From: Planctomycetes bacterium ADurb.Bin069
GTDB taxonomy: Bacteria; Planctomycetota; UBA8108; UBA8890; UBA8898
Length of the DNA: 64,000 nucleotides
Reading direction: 5' to 3'
NCBI GenBank assembly: GCA_002070955.1
Contig: MWEK01000005.1
Coordinates: forward strand, 82,128 to 146,127
Of the stretch, positions 51,176-59,739 are shown in pieces. Positions within the stretch are counted from its first letter, which is position 1; the number at the start of each line of letters is the position of its first letter. The position numbers and the translations under genes were made by a program. The notes beneath the pieces were generated by a model that ran no database searches, was not told the origin of the DNA, and worked only from the letters and a program-made list of their open reading frames with translations.

Positions 51176-51205
51176 TTGCCTGAAGGGAACTCGATTTGCT
51201 ATACT
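51176..51205 (+). promoter_or_regulatory. Putative sigma70-like promoter for the pilin gene
   Basis: TTGCCT (51176-51181), 18 nt, TATACT (51200-51205). This implies a ~165-nt leader before ATG 51376. Confidence 0.35.
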
Positions 51206-51375
51206 TCTGGCGAGTGGTTGAGGTTCACGGTTGCGGAGAAAGGAGGGCTTGCCGACGCGGGACAGTCTGATCGTTTGGCCGATGAGAGTTGCCGGACAAA
51301 CGGGTTGGGTCAATGGGGAAAGTTGTTGGTTTCTCGGTAGTCTCGGTTTCAATCCAGTAGGAGGTTTCAGCAGTT

Positions 51376-51825
51376 ATGCGTAACAAAGGATTCACGTTGA
51401 TCGAGCTCATGATCGTCGTCGCGATTATCGCCATCATCGCCGCGATCGCGATTCCGAACCTGCTTGGCGCCCGGAAGGCCGCCAACGAGGCCGCGGCCAT
51501 CTCGAACCTGAGGACGATCTCGACGGCGTGCGAGCAGTATCGCACGTCCGTGGTTCCGCCGGTCTATCCCGCGAGCCTGGCGGCGCTGACGATCGCCGGC
51601 GGTGCTTCGACCAATTACATCGATGGAGTCCTCGCGCTCGGCCAGAAGAGCGGCTACGACTACGTGCTCGGCGTCGGGGCGGCGGCGGGCACCACGTACG
51701 TATGCACAGCGTCGCCGCATTCGACCTCGGATGGCAACCGCGCTTTCTTCCTCGACGAGTCCGGCGTGATTCGTCAGGTGGCGGGTATGGGTCCTGCGAC
51801 GGTGGCCGCCGCTCCGATCCAGTAA
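51376..51825 (+). CDS. Type IV pilin / pseudopilin with prepilin-type N-terminal cleavage-methylation site
   Basis: ORF 51376..51825(+). MRNKGFTLIELMIVVAIIAIIAAIAIPNLL is the canonical G|FTLIE class III signal. AGGAGG RBS. Confidence 0.85.
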   Translation: MRNKGFTLIELMIVVAIIAIIAAIAIPNLLGARKAANEAAAISNLRTISTACEQYRTSVVPPVYPASLAALTIAGGASTNYIDGVLALGQKSGYDYVLGVGAAAGTTYVCTASPHSTSDGNRAFFLDESGVIRQVAGMGPATVAAAPIQ

Positions 51826-51850
51826 CCGCTCGATTCAAGACGTCGCTTTC

Positions 51851-51885
51851 GCGCGGCGGGTCGCCGACCCGCCGCGCGTTTTTTG
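51851..51885 (+). terminator. Rho-independent terminator after the pilin gene
   Basis: GCGCGGCGGGTC-GCC-GACCCGCCGCGC (12-bp perfect stem) followed by GTTTTTTGTTGTT. Confidence 0.8.
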
Positions 51886-51956
51886 TTGTTCGCCGCGTCA
51901 GGCTCGGGAGGGGGGCGAGGAGACCCGCGCGGCCGGCGCGGCGCGGAAGAAGCTAA

Positions 51957-52042
51957 TGGGCTAGGAGGGAATCGAACCCTCAAGCCTGGAACCAGGCATG
52001 GGATTTTAAGTCCCACGCGTATGCCGTTTCCGCCACTAGCCC
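51957..52042 (-). tRNA. tRNA-Leu (anticodon TAA), CCA not encoded
   Basis: Minus strand: GGGCTAG-TG-GCGGAAACGGCATACGC-G-TGGGA-CTTAAAA-TCCCA, long variable arm, GAGGG-TTCGATT-CCCTC-CTAGCCC-A. Confidence 0.9.
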
Positions 52043-52066
52043 CCGGGACCGACGGCAGAAGGAAGC

Positions 52067-52140
52067 TGGAGGCGGCACCCGGATTTGAACCGGGGGTGAT
52101 GGTTTTGCAAACCATTGCCTTACCGCTTGGCTATGCCGCC
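52067..52140 (-). tRNA. tRNA-Cys (anticodon GCA), CCA encoded
   Basis: Minus strand: GGCGGCA-TA-GCCAAGCGGTAAGGC-A-ATGGT-TTGCAAA-ACCAT-CACC-CCCGG-TTCAAAT-CCGGG-TGCCGCC-TCCA (U73 discriminator, as expected for Cys). Confidence 0.9.
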
Positions 52141-52199
52141 CCGGTAACGTGACTGTACCTTTCCCCCTCAGGAACGTCAAGCGGCCCGCGCGCCCGGCT

Positions 52200-55097
52200 T
52201 TAAGCCGATAACGTCTCCGGCACGGCCGTTTCGCGATCTGCCGCGGGCTGCGCCGCGGCCTCATCCGCCGCGGCGGGATCAGCCGCGGGTTGTGCTTGAG
52301 ACGCCGCGCCGCCCTTGGCGGCTTTGAGCGCCGCGAGCCTGGCCGCGGCGCCGCCGAGCTTGGCGGGCTTGGTGACATCGGGCGTCGGGTTGATCTCGGC
52401 CGGAGGCGGCGCCGGCGGCGTCGCTTCGCCGGACACGGCCGGCGCCGCGGCACCCCCCGCGGGCTGCGTCTGAGCGGCGGGTCCGCCCTTCGCCGCCTTG
52501 AGCGCGGCGAGCTTCGTCGCGAGGCCGCCGAGCTTGGCGGGCTTGATGACGTCCGGCGCCGGGTTGATCTCAGCGGGGGGCGCCGCCGCCCGCGGCGCCG
52601 CTTCGCCGGCGGGCGGCGGCGTTGCCGCCTGGGGCGCGGTAATGTTCTTGAGCTTGTTGATCGCCGAAGCGACGCTCAGCTTCACGCTCTCCGGCGCGGG
52701 GGCGCCCGTGGGCTTTCCCGTCGTCAGGCTGCGCAGCCGGCGGGTGATCGAACTCACCGAGCGCTTGAGCACGCGTTGCTTCACCGAAGCGAAGGCCTCA
52801 TCGGCCGCCATGGCCTCCGGCGACTTCGGCGCGGCCGGCGCCGCGGAAGCCGCGGGTGCCGAGCGCCCGGCGGGCGGCGGCGCGGCCCGCGGCCGGGCCG
52901 ATTGATCGATGGCTGCCTGGATCTCGTCGATGACGGCGGCGGGCGCGCCGAGGGCGCGCAGCTTGTCGGCGCAGCTTCGCGCCAGACCGGCGTTGCCTCC
53001 GGCCAGCAGCATCTTGCCGGCGCGGCCGTACTGTTCCACCGCCATGCGCGTATCGCCCGCGTCGGCGCACGCATCCGCAAGGAGAAGCAGCAGGAAGGCA
53101 TCCTCGGCGCGGTCGCCGGCGATCTCGCGGCAGAGCGCCTGGGCCTTATCGAGCTCGCCCGCCAACAGCCTGATGAGCGCGAGCCCGCGCTGCGCCTCGA
53201 GGCGCTTTTCCTTCTCGTTCATGCCCGCCAAGACCGCGATAAGCTCCTCCCGCGCCTCGCGCTCGAAGGGCGCGACGCGCAGAGCCTCGCGGAGCGCGCG
53301 CTCGGCTTCCTTCAGATCGCCCGCCGCGGCGCAGAGCGTGGCCGCGTGGCGCAGCGCCGCCGCGGCCTCCTTGTCGTTGCCGCTCTTCTCGTGCTCCTTG
53401 GCGAGCTGCCAGCGGTATTCGTGGTTCTCGGGAGCGATGCGCAGCAGCCGCTTGAGGGCGATGATGAGCTCGGCGCGCTCCTCGGGCGCTCCCAGGCGGG
53501 CGGTGTACTCGCGCAGCAGCTTCTCCGCGGCGGGGAGGTCCTTGCGGGCGAGCGCGCTTTCGATGAGGTGCCAGGACGAATCGCGGTCGCCCGGCCTGAG
53601 CTCGCAGCGCTTCTGGTGAAGCCCGCGCAGCGTCTCCGGATCGCGGACGCCGTACGGGTTGCCGAAGGCGAGCACGGCGTCCAGGTGCTGGAGCGCCTTC
53701 TCGCGGTTCCCCTGGACGCAGTGCAGCTCGATGAGCTTCATGCGCACGTCCAGGGTGTCGTCGCCGTTGATGAACAGGCGCTGGAAATACTCCAGCGCCT
53801 TGCTGGTGTCCTTGCGGTCGGCGTAGATCTTCGCGAGCTGTTCTTTGGCTTGGCGGGCCTCTTCGGCGGCGCCGGTCGCCTCGCATAGGGCCGCGTAGCG
53901 CTCCTTGAGAGCGGCATCGTCGGGGCAGGCCGCCAGGGCGTCCTTGAGCAGCCGGAGCGCCTCGTCGTCGCGGGCGTCCTGGTGGAGCTTCTCCGCCAGG
54001 GCGAGCGACTCCCGGGCGGCCTCTTCCTTCTGCTCGTACTTGGCCAGCAGCTTGATGTAGCGCCGCCGAATGGGAATGTTGGCCGCGTCCAAGGCGATGA
54101 TTTTACGAAAGGCCCGCAAGGTGTCGTCGAAGCGGAAATCGCGGGCGCATTTGTCGGCGAACTCCAGGTAGCGCTCGATCGCCGCCGCCGTCCGCCCCGT
54201 CCGCTCGCAGGCATGGGCCAGGCGGAACTGCAGATCGAAATCGTCCAGGCCGCGCTCCAGCGCCCGCTGGTACAAGGAGAGCGCCTTGGCCCAGTTTCCG
54301 CTCTCTTCCGCGGCCAGGCCGAGCTGGAAAAGCTGCACGGGATTGACCAGTTCAATGTCGCCGCCCTCGGCCAGTTCCTGGACCACCGCGAAAGCCTCGA
54401 AGGGATCCAGACCCGAGGCTTCGATGACATCACGGGTGTCCTTGTGGCCGTCGAGGATCTGGAGCACGGCCACCGCGGCGGGATGTTCGGCCTGGTGGTG
54501 GAAGAAACGAACCGCGCTGGGCGTCGCGTAGTACACGTCCCGAAGCGTCGCGAAGTTTTCGACGACGAAACTCCAGGCCTTGGCCTGCGCCAGGGCCTTG
54601 AGGAGCAGTTCCTCGAGGGGTACGTAGATCTCGTAGCTCGAACCGAGGTCGCTCGGCAGGTTCTCGGCGCCTTCGGCGCAGGGAGTGAAGGAGATCTCCT
54701 CCTCCTCCGCCACGAGCGTGCGAGCGAAGGTCTCCGTGACGAATCCGAGCACGGCGCCGGCGGCCTGCTCATCGGACAGGAGGCCGAGTTCCAGCACGGC
54801 CTCGCCGGTGGAGATTCCGTTCTTGGCGGCCAGCTTGTGCGCCTTCTTGAGGTCCGCGGGGGTGACAATGGGGGCGAACACCCGCTCCAGCGTGCCGCGG
54901 TCGTCGAACGCCAGGTCGCGGATTCGGCCCTGGTCGAGGCTGCAGACGACGCGCCCCTCGGCAAGCCGGACGCAGACGGTGCCCGAGGCGCGCCGGCGGG
55001 CAAGTTCCAGGTAGAACCGGACCGTCTCCGCGACGAATGCAGAGCTCGACGCAGCGGTTTTTTCTGACACGTTCCTTCTCCGCAGTAACTCTAACAC
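52200..55097 (-). CDS. DUF4388-like N-terminal domain + long TPR array + Ala/Pro-rich C-terminus with tandem 58-aa repeat
   Basis: ORF 52200..55097(-) with GTG start. The N-terminus GTVCVRLAEGRVVCSLDQGRIRDLAF...GEAVLELGLLSDEQ is DUF4388/MshEN-like. Many TPR-like helices follow (e.g. WAKALSLYQRALERGLDD). Confidence 0.7.
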   Translation of the reverse strand: MLELLRRRNVSEKTAASSSAFVAETVRFYLELARRRASGTVCVRLAEGRVVCSLDQGRIRDLAFDDRGTLERVFAPIVTPADLKKAHKLAAKNGISTGEAVLELGLLSDEQAAGAVLGFVTETFARTLVAEEEEISFTPCAEGAENLPSDLGSSYEIYVPLEELLLKALAQAKAWSFVVENFATLRDVYYATPSAVRFFHHQAEHPAAVAVLQILDGHKDTRDVIEASGLDPFEAFAVVQELAEGGDIELVNPVQLFQLGLAAEESGNWAKALSLYQRALERGLDDFDLQFRLAHACERTGRTAAAIERYLEFADKCARDFRFDDTLRAFRKIIALDAANIPIRRRYIKLLAKYEQKEEAARESLALAEKLHQDARDDEALRLLKDALAACPDDAALKERYAALCEATGAAEEARQAKEQLAKIYADRKDTSKALEYFQRLFINGDDTLDVRMKLIELHCVQGNREKALQHLDAVLAFGNPYGVRDPETLRGLHQKRCELRPGDRDSSWHLIESALARKDLPAAEKLLREYTARLGAPEERAELIIALKRLLRIAPENHEYRWQLAKEHEKSGNDKEAAAALRHAATLCAAAGDLKEAERALREALRVAPFEREAREELIAVLAGMNEKEKRLEAQRGLALIRLLAGELDKAQALCREIAGDRAEDAFLLLLLADACADAGDTRMAVEQYGRAGKMLLAGGNAGLARSCADKLRALGAPAAVIDEIQAAIDQSARPRAAPPPAGRSAPAASAAPAAPKSPEAMAADEAFASVKQRVLKRSVSSITRRLRSLTTGKPTGAPAPESVKLSVASAINKLKNITAPQAATPPPAGEAAPRAAAPPAEINPAPDVIKPAKLGGLATKLAALKAAKGGPAAQTQPAGGAAAPAVSGEATPPAPPPAEINPTPDVTKPAKLGGAAARLAALKAAKGGAASQAQPAADPAAADEAAAQPAADRETAVPETLSA
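52311..52582 (-). repeat. Two-copy tandem duplication (174-nt / 58-aa period) inside the TPR gene 3' region
   Basis: DNA copies start at 52311 and 52485 (roughly 80 percent identical by eye). Protein copies are PPAEINPAPDVIKPAKLGGLATKLAALKAAKGG and PPAEINPTPDVTKPAKLGGAAARLAALKAAKGG. Confidence 0.7.
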
Positions 55098-55546
55098 GGC
55101 GACGTTCCGGGTGCGGGCCGCGCGGGGAAACGGCGGGCCGCGGCCTGTCGCCGTAAGGTCGGTTGAATGGGTTGCTTAGGGCCTCGGGATTTGCGGAAAC
55201 GTCGGCCGTCCGGCCGCCGGCGCCGCGGAAAACGCGGCGCCGAAGCGCCCGCGGAACGATCCGCTCCGGCGGAGGTTACCAGCTCTTGGATTCCGGCGGG
55301 TCCCCCGGCGGGTGTCGGAATGCGACACACCGGGTTTGTATCGTTTTCAGACAACGCGCGGCCGTATTCTCGGAACTTCGGCGCCGCGTCCGGTCGCGCG
55401 CTGGCTGAATCGCTCCAACGCGTGGATTCGGACGAGGTTAGGATTCGCGACATGTTTAGGCATGCGCTTTGCTAACTTTTCCCCGCGAGAGGGATCTCGC
55501 GATCGAAATCCCCATCTCGTGAGCGGCGCGTCGACTTCAGGAGGTC

Positions 55547-58500
55547 ATGCACATGCGCAACATCGTGATAGCTGTGGTCGTCAGCACGGTTGTCGTGGGG
55601 GGGGTGCTTCTGGTTTTTCTCGGTGACAAGAGCGCGAGCCCCGTTATCCCCCCCGAGCCGGCGGCCGGAGTCGACCAGGCGAAGCCGGCGGATTTGGCGC
55701 CCGGCGCCCGGCGCGTGCAGACCGTGCCCGCGACTCCCAAGGAATTGGTGCGGCTCGAGGTGGCGGTGGTCAACGACAAGAACGAGCCGGTGGCCAACGC
55801 GCGCGTGCGGATCGATTCGGAGGAGGCGCTCAAGTCCGGCCGGCGGAATCCCGCGCCCGTGGCGGAGTTTCTGACCAACGCTTCCGGCCTCGGCGCGCCC
55901 AAGGACAAGCTTTTGGTCGGCACGTACGTCGTGTGGGCCGAAGCTAGCGGGTACGCGCGGGCCAGGAAGGTCGCGACGCTCGTCAAGGGGGAGGAACCCG
56001 TGAAGGTGGTGATCACGCTGGCCAGCGGCGTCGCCATCAGCGGGCGCGTGTTCACCAAGGACCGCACGCCGATCAAGGGCGCCCGGGTGACAGCCTTCAA
56101 GGATCTGGGGAAACAAGATGGCACGGATTTCGATTGGCTCTTGGACCTTCTGAATCCGGAGCGTCTCAAGAAGCCCTTGTCCGTGGCCGAGACCGACGCC
56201 GATGGCGTCTACCAGCTCGTGAACCTCGAGCTCGGCGTGGAGTGTGTCGTGCGCGCGGCGGCGGACGGCTATGCGCCGGGGACCCGGAACTTCGTCGCGG
56301 CGGGGACCCCGAACGTCGATTTTTACCTGGAGTCGGGCGCGCGACTCATCGGCGAGGTCCTCGCGGCCAACGGCGCGCCCGTGGGCGGCGCCTTGATCGA
56401 GGCGTACCAGCGCTCGGGTTCCGCGACGACGGATCTCCGCGTGGCGGTGGCTGGCGCCATGCGCGGCGCCGTGGACACGGTGAAGGCCGGCGGGGACGGG
56501 CGGTTCGAGTTCTCCGCGTTGGGACAAGGATCGTTCACGTTGGTGGCGTCGGCGCCGGCGCACCAGGAGGCGATGCAGGACGTCGAGCTCAGGCTCGGCA
56601 TGGAAACGCCCGTTGCTATCACGCTTCCGGACGGGGTGTTGCTCGCCGGAAAGGTGGTCGGCCCCGGCGGCGCCGCGGTGCCGAACGCCAAGGTCGCGGC
56701 CCGGCCGCAGGCCTCCGTGAGCGGCGGGGCCAACGCGCTCAACCGCGAGGTGGACAAGGAGACGGCGACGGACGGGAGCGGCCTTTTCGCCTTCGACAGC
56801 CTGTCGAGCGGGCAGTACACCCTCACCGTGAGCCACGACCAGTTCGCGGCCGCGCAGTTGCGGGATGTCGATGTCCCCCAGGACGGCGTGCAGATCGCGC
56901 TCGGGGAGGGCGCGTCGATTGAAGGCAGCGTCACGGATGCGGAGGGCGCGCCGATCGCCGGCGTCCGCGTGAGCGTCACGGATGTGGGCACCGTGTCGAA
57001 GGAAGCCGTCAGCGGCGAAGACGGCCGGTATCTCCTCGGGCCCTTGAGCGTCAAGCCCATCAACAAGAAGCAGGTGACGGCGGACAAGGAGGGCTGGGCG
57101 AAACCCGAGCCCAAGACCGTGACGCTCACGGAGGGAACCGTGGCGGAGCTCGATTTCGTGCTCCAGCGCACGGCGCGCATCGGGGGCGTGGTCAAAGACA
57201 CGGCCGGGAAGCCGATCGACGGCGTCAAGGTGCTTGTCGAGAAGATGATCACCCGGGAGAACCCCGTCCACCGGTTCCTCGATTTCGCCTACACGGGGGC
57301 CGACGGGTCTTTCGATCTCCCCAAGATCGTGCCGAGCAACGACGTGCGCCTGGTGGCGGAGCACCGCTACTACATCCGCTGGCTGTCCGAGCCTTTTTCC
57401 ATCGATGCGGGCGAGGATTTCCCCGAGACCGAGATCGTCATGGAGGTGGGATCGAAGATCAGCGGCGAGGTCGTGAACGAAGCCGGGCAGCGGCTCGAGG
57501 GCGCCCAGGTGAAGGCGGTCAGGGCGGGGGATCCCGACACGCACGACTTCCTGGGCGGCGGCAGCACGAAGACCGATGCGCAGGGGCGTTTCCAGGTCCA
57601 GGGGCTCGGCTCCGGAAGCTACGAGATCGTCGCGCAGCTCAATGATTACATCGACGGTCGCAGCGAGCCGCTCGACATGGTCGAGGGCGCTTCGCGCTCG
57701 GGAGTCAAGGTAAAGCTGGTCGCCGCGCGCAGCGTGAGCGGCACGGTGACGGACATGCAGCGCAGGCCCGTCGCGGGCGCCCGCGTGACGGCGATCGATA
57801 CGTCGATGGGCGCTCGCAAGGAGTCGAACGTCACGGATGAACAGGGACGCTTCACGGTGGGCAATCTCGGCGTGGCCCCGGTGGAGCTTCAAGCCGAGGC
57901 CGATGGCTACGGCAAGCAGACGCTCCACGACGTGGCCCCGGGAGGGAGCGGAGTCGAGATCCGGCTGTTGGCGCTGGGCGGCGTCAAGGGCAACGTCATC
58001 GATACCGACGGCAATCCCGTGAAGGCCTTCAGCGCCAGAGCGGAGCCGATCGACGTCGATGCCGGCTACGAGACTCCGCGGGCTGCGTTCAAGACTTTCA
58101 GTGGAGCCGAGGGCGGGTTCGAGATCCCGAATCTGCCGCCGGGTTCGTACACGATCAACGTGCAGTCGCCCGGGTACCGCGGCACGCAGGCGGCGAACAT
58201 CCGCGTGGCGGCGGCGGACGTGACCGACGTGGGCGTGCTTAGGCTGCAGACGGGCGGCATTCTCAACGGACGCGTTATCGATTCCTACGGCGCGCCGGTG
58301 CCTGATGCCACCGTGGCGGTGATCGGCGGCGCGAGCCGCCTCCCCGGCGCCCGCGGCGGCGCCTCCGCCACGACGACGACCACCGACGCCGACGGCCGGT
58401 TCTCCTTCGAGGGGCTCAAGGGCGGCGCCACGAAGTTCCGGGTGTCCAAGCCCGGATACCTGGCCTCCGACAGCGAGTCCGTCGACCCTAACACTCTGGT

Positions 58501-58792
58501 GAGCGAGCTCGTGCTTCGGCTGGGCGTCGGCGGCGTGATCTCGGGCGTCGTCATCAACGGGAGCGGACAGCCCCTGCCCAACGTCAAGGTCTACCTGAAG
58601 GGCGAGCCCAAGAGCGCCCAGACCGAGACCGACAGCCGGGGGCACTTCGTCTTCGATGCGCTGCCCGAAGGCGTGTATACCGTGCGGACCTTCACCTTCG
58701 CCAAGCCCGGCGAGGAACGTCGGGTCGAGCCGGTCCTCGATGTCGAGGTGAGCCCGGGCGGCGTCGTGGAAGTGGAGTTGGTCAAAGAGTAG
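55547..58792 (+). CDS. N-terminally membrane-anchored protein with ~11 tandem carboxypeptidase-regulatory-like (prealbumin-fold) domains
   Basis: ORF 55547..58792(+). AGGAGG RBS. TM anchor is IVIAVVVSTVVVGGVLLVFL. The recurring pattern G.V.D..G.P..GA.V......TD..G.F.L..L..G.Y appears about every 85-95 aa (e.g. ISGRVFTKDRTPIKGARVTAF, IEGSVTDAEGAPIAGVRVSVT, LNGRVIDSYGAPVPDATVAVI). Confidence 0.8.
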   Translation: MHMRNIVIAVVVSTVVVGGVLLVFLGDKSASPVIPPEPAAGVDQAKPADLAPGARRVQTVPATPKELVRLEVAVVNDKNEPVANARVRIDSEEALKSGRRNPAPVAEFLTNASGLGAPKDKLLVGTYVVWAEASGYARARKVATLVKGEEPVKVVITLASGVAISGRVFTKDRTPIKGARVTAFKDLGKQDGTDFDWLLDLLNPERLKKPLSVAETDADGVYQLVNLELGVECVVRAAADGYAPGTRNFVAAGTPNVDFYLESGARLIGEVLAANGAPVGGALIEAYQRSGSATTDLRVAVAGAMRGAVDTVKAGGDGRFEFSALGQGSFTLVASAPAHQEAMQDVELRLGMETPVAITLPDGVLLAGKVVGPGGAAVPNAKVAARPQASVSGGANALNREVDKETATDGSGLFAFDSLSSGQYTLTVSHDQFAAAQLRDVDVPQDGVQIALGEGASIEGSVTDAEGAPIAGVRVSVTDVGTVSKEAVSGEDGRYLLGPLSVKPINKKQVTADKEGWAKPEPKTVTLTEGTVAELDFVLQRTARIGGVVKDTAGKPIDGVKVLVEKMITRENPVHRFLDFAYTGADGSFDLPKIVPSNDVRLVAEHRYYIRWLSEPFSIDAGEDFPETEIVMEVGSKISGEVVNEAGQRLEGAQVKAVRAGDPDTHDFLGGGSTKTDAQGRFQVQGLGSGSYEIVAQLNDYIDGRSEPLDMVEGASRSGVKVKLVAARSVSGTVTDMQRRPVAGARVTAIDTSMGARKESNVTDEQGRFTVGNLGVAPVELQAEADGYGKQTLHDVAPGGSGVEIRLLALGGVKGNVIDTDGNPVKAFSARAEPIDVDAGYETPRAAFKTFSGAEGGFEIPNLPPGSYTINVQSPGYRGTQAANIRVAAADVTDVGVLRLQTGGILNGRVIDSYGAPVPDATVAVIGGASRLPGARGGASATTTTTDADGRFSFEGLKGGATKFRVSKPGYLASDSESVDPNTLVSELVLRLGVGGVISGVVINGSGQPLPNVKVYLKGEPKSAQTETDSRGHFVFDALPEGVYTVRTFTFAKPGEERRVEPVLDVEVSPGGVVEVELVKE

Positions 58793-58888
58793 GCCTCTAC
58801 GGGATCTTAAGGGAGGTTAATTCAAGACCGCACCGGCCGGCGGCGCCCGGTCGGCCTGATCGCTGATAAAAAAAACGGTCCGAAAATA

Positions 58889-58916
58889 TCAAGTCCTCCG
58901 GCCGTGGTGCCGATAA
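58889..58916 (+). promoter_or_regulatory. Sigma-28 (FliA)-like promoter upstream of flgM
   Basis: Exact GCCGATAA at 58909-58916, preceded by TCAAG at 58889-58893 (15-nt gap; TCAA-N16-GCCGATAA versus consensus TAAA-N15-GCCGATAA, one nt longer). Confidence 0.45.
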
Positions 58917-59065
58917 CGGAATAGAAGCTGATCCGCGCGGCGTCGAGCGCCACCCAACGCCCGGCGTCGCGCACACGCGGCGTGAACGGTTGTGACGCGC
59001 TCGGGCGAGCCCCTTCACCCTCCGAGGCCGCAGCCGTCTGCCGCTCGGCACAGACGGAGGACTCT

Positions 59066-59356
59066 ATGCCGTACGTTCACGGACCAACCCCGCCTTCCGG
59101 AGCCGAAGGCGTGTCGGAGCGGCTCGTTCGTCCCGAGCCGGCGGCGAAGACTGACCCCGTGCAGGGCCAGGACCGCGTCGAGATCTCGGAGGTCGCCCGC
59201 TGGAAGGCCAAACTCGCCGAGATCCCCGCCGTTCGCGAGACGCTGGTCGCGGCGATTCGCGCGGAGATCGAGGCGGGCTCCTACGAGACCGAGGACAAGA
59301 TCCGCATCGCCGCGGAGCGGTTGCTCGCCGAGCTGAGAGAGGAAGGCGCCCTGTAA
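59066..59356 (+). CDS. flgM: Anti-sigma-28 factor FlgM
   Basis: In-frame part of ORF 58982..59356(+). Start at ATG 59066 with GGAGGA RBS. DRVEISEVA...VRETLVAAIRAEIEAGSYETEDKIRIAAERLL matches the FlgM C-terminal pattern. Confidence 0.75.
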   Translation: MPYVHGPTPPSGAEGVSERLVRPEPAAKTDPVQGQDRVEISEVARWKAKLAEIPAVRETLVAAIRAEIEAGSYETEDKIRIAAERLLAELREEGAL

Positions 59357-59392
59357 CGCCGCGGCGCCGCGCGGCGGCTTCCGGGAGGATCC

Positions 59393-59725
59393 ATGATCGA
59401 ATTCGCGCAGTGGCAGGAGCTCGATCTGCGGGTCGGCAAGGTCACCGCGGCCCAGTCGCATCCGAAGGCGGACAAACTCATCGTTCTGCAGGTCGACCTT
59501 GGCGCGGAGACGCGCCAGATCGTCGCCGGCGTCAAGGAATGGTACGACCCCGCCGCGCTGGTCGGGCGGAGCGTGGTTGTCGTGGCCAATCTCCAGCCCG
59601 TGACGCTGCGGGGCGTCGAGAGCCGCGGCATGCTGCTGGCGGCGACGGACGAGAGCGGCGGCAGCCGCGTCGTGTCCATGCTTACCTGCGATCGCGACGT
59701 CGCGCCGGGCTCGAAGGTCTCCTGA
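59393..59725 (+). CDS. tRNA-binding domain protein (CsaA/Trbp111-like OB fold)
   Basis: ORF 59393..59725(+). Motifs are LDLRVGKVTAAQSHPKADKLIVLQVDLG, QIVAGV and RGVESRGMLLAA. Confidence 0.8.
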   Translation: MIEFAQWQELDLRVGKVTAAQSHPKADKLIVLQVDLGAETRQIVAGVKEWYDPAALVGRSVVVVANLQPVTLRGVESRGMLLAATDESGGSRVVSMLTCDRDVAPGSKVS

Positions 59726-59739
59726 GCGGAGGTGCGGAC

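Noticed and set aside
51276-51292. TGGCCGATGAGAGTTGC upstream of the pilin gene as a sigma-54 promoter
   Set aside because: The GG and GC elements are 12 nt apart instead of the required 10, so the spacing is incompatible with the TGGCAC-N5-TTGC consensus.
55472-58645. 1057-aa minus-strand ORF
   Set aside because: It is antisense to the CarboxypepD_reg-repeat gene 55547-58792. Its composition is low-complexity Arg/Ala/Gly/His, and it has no RBS or signal.
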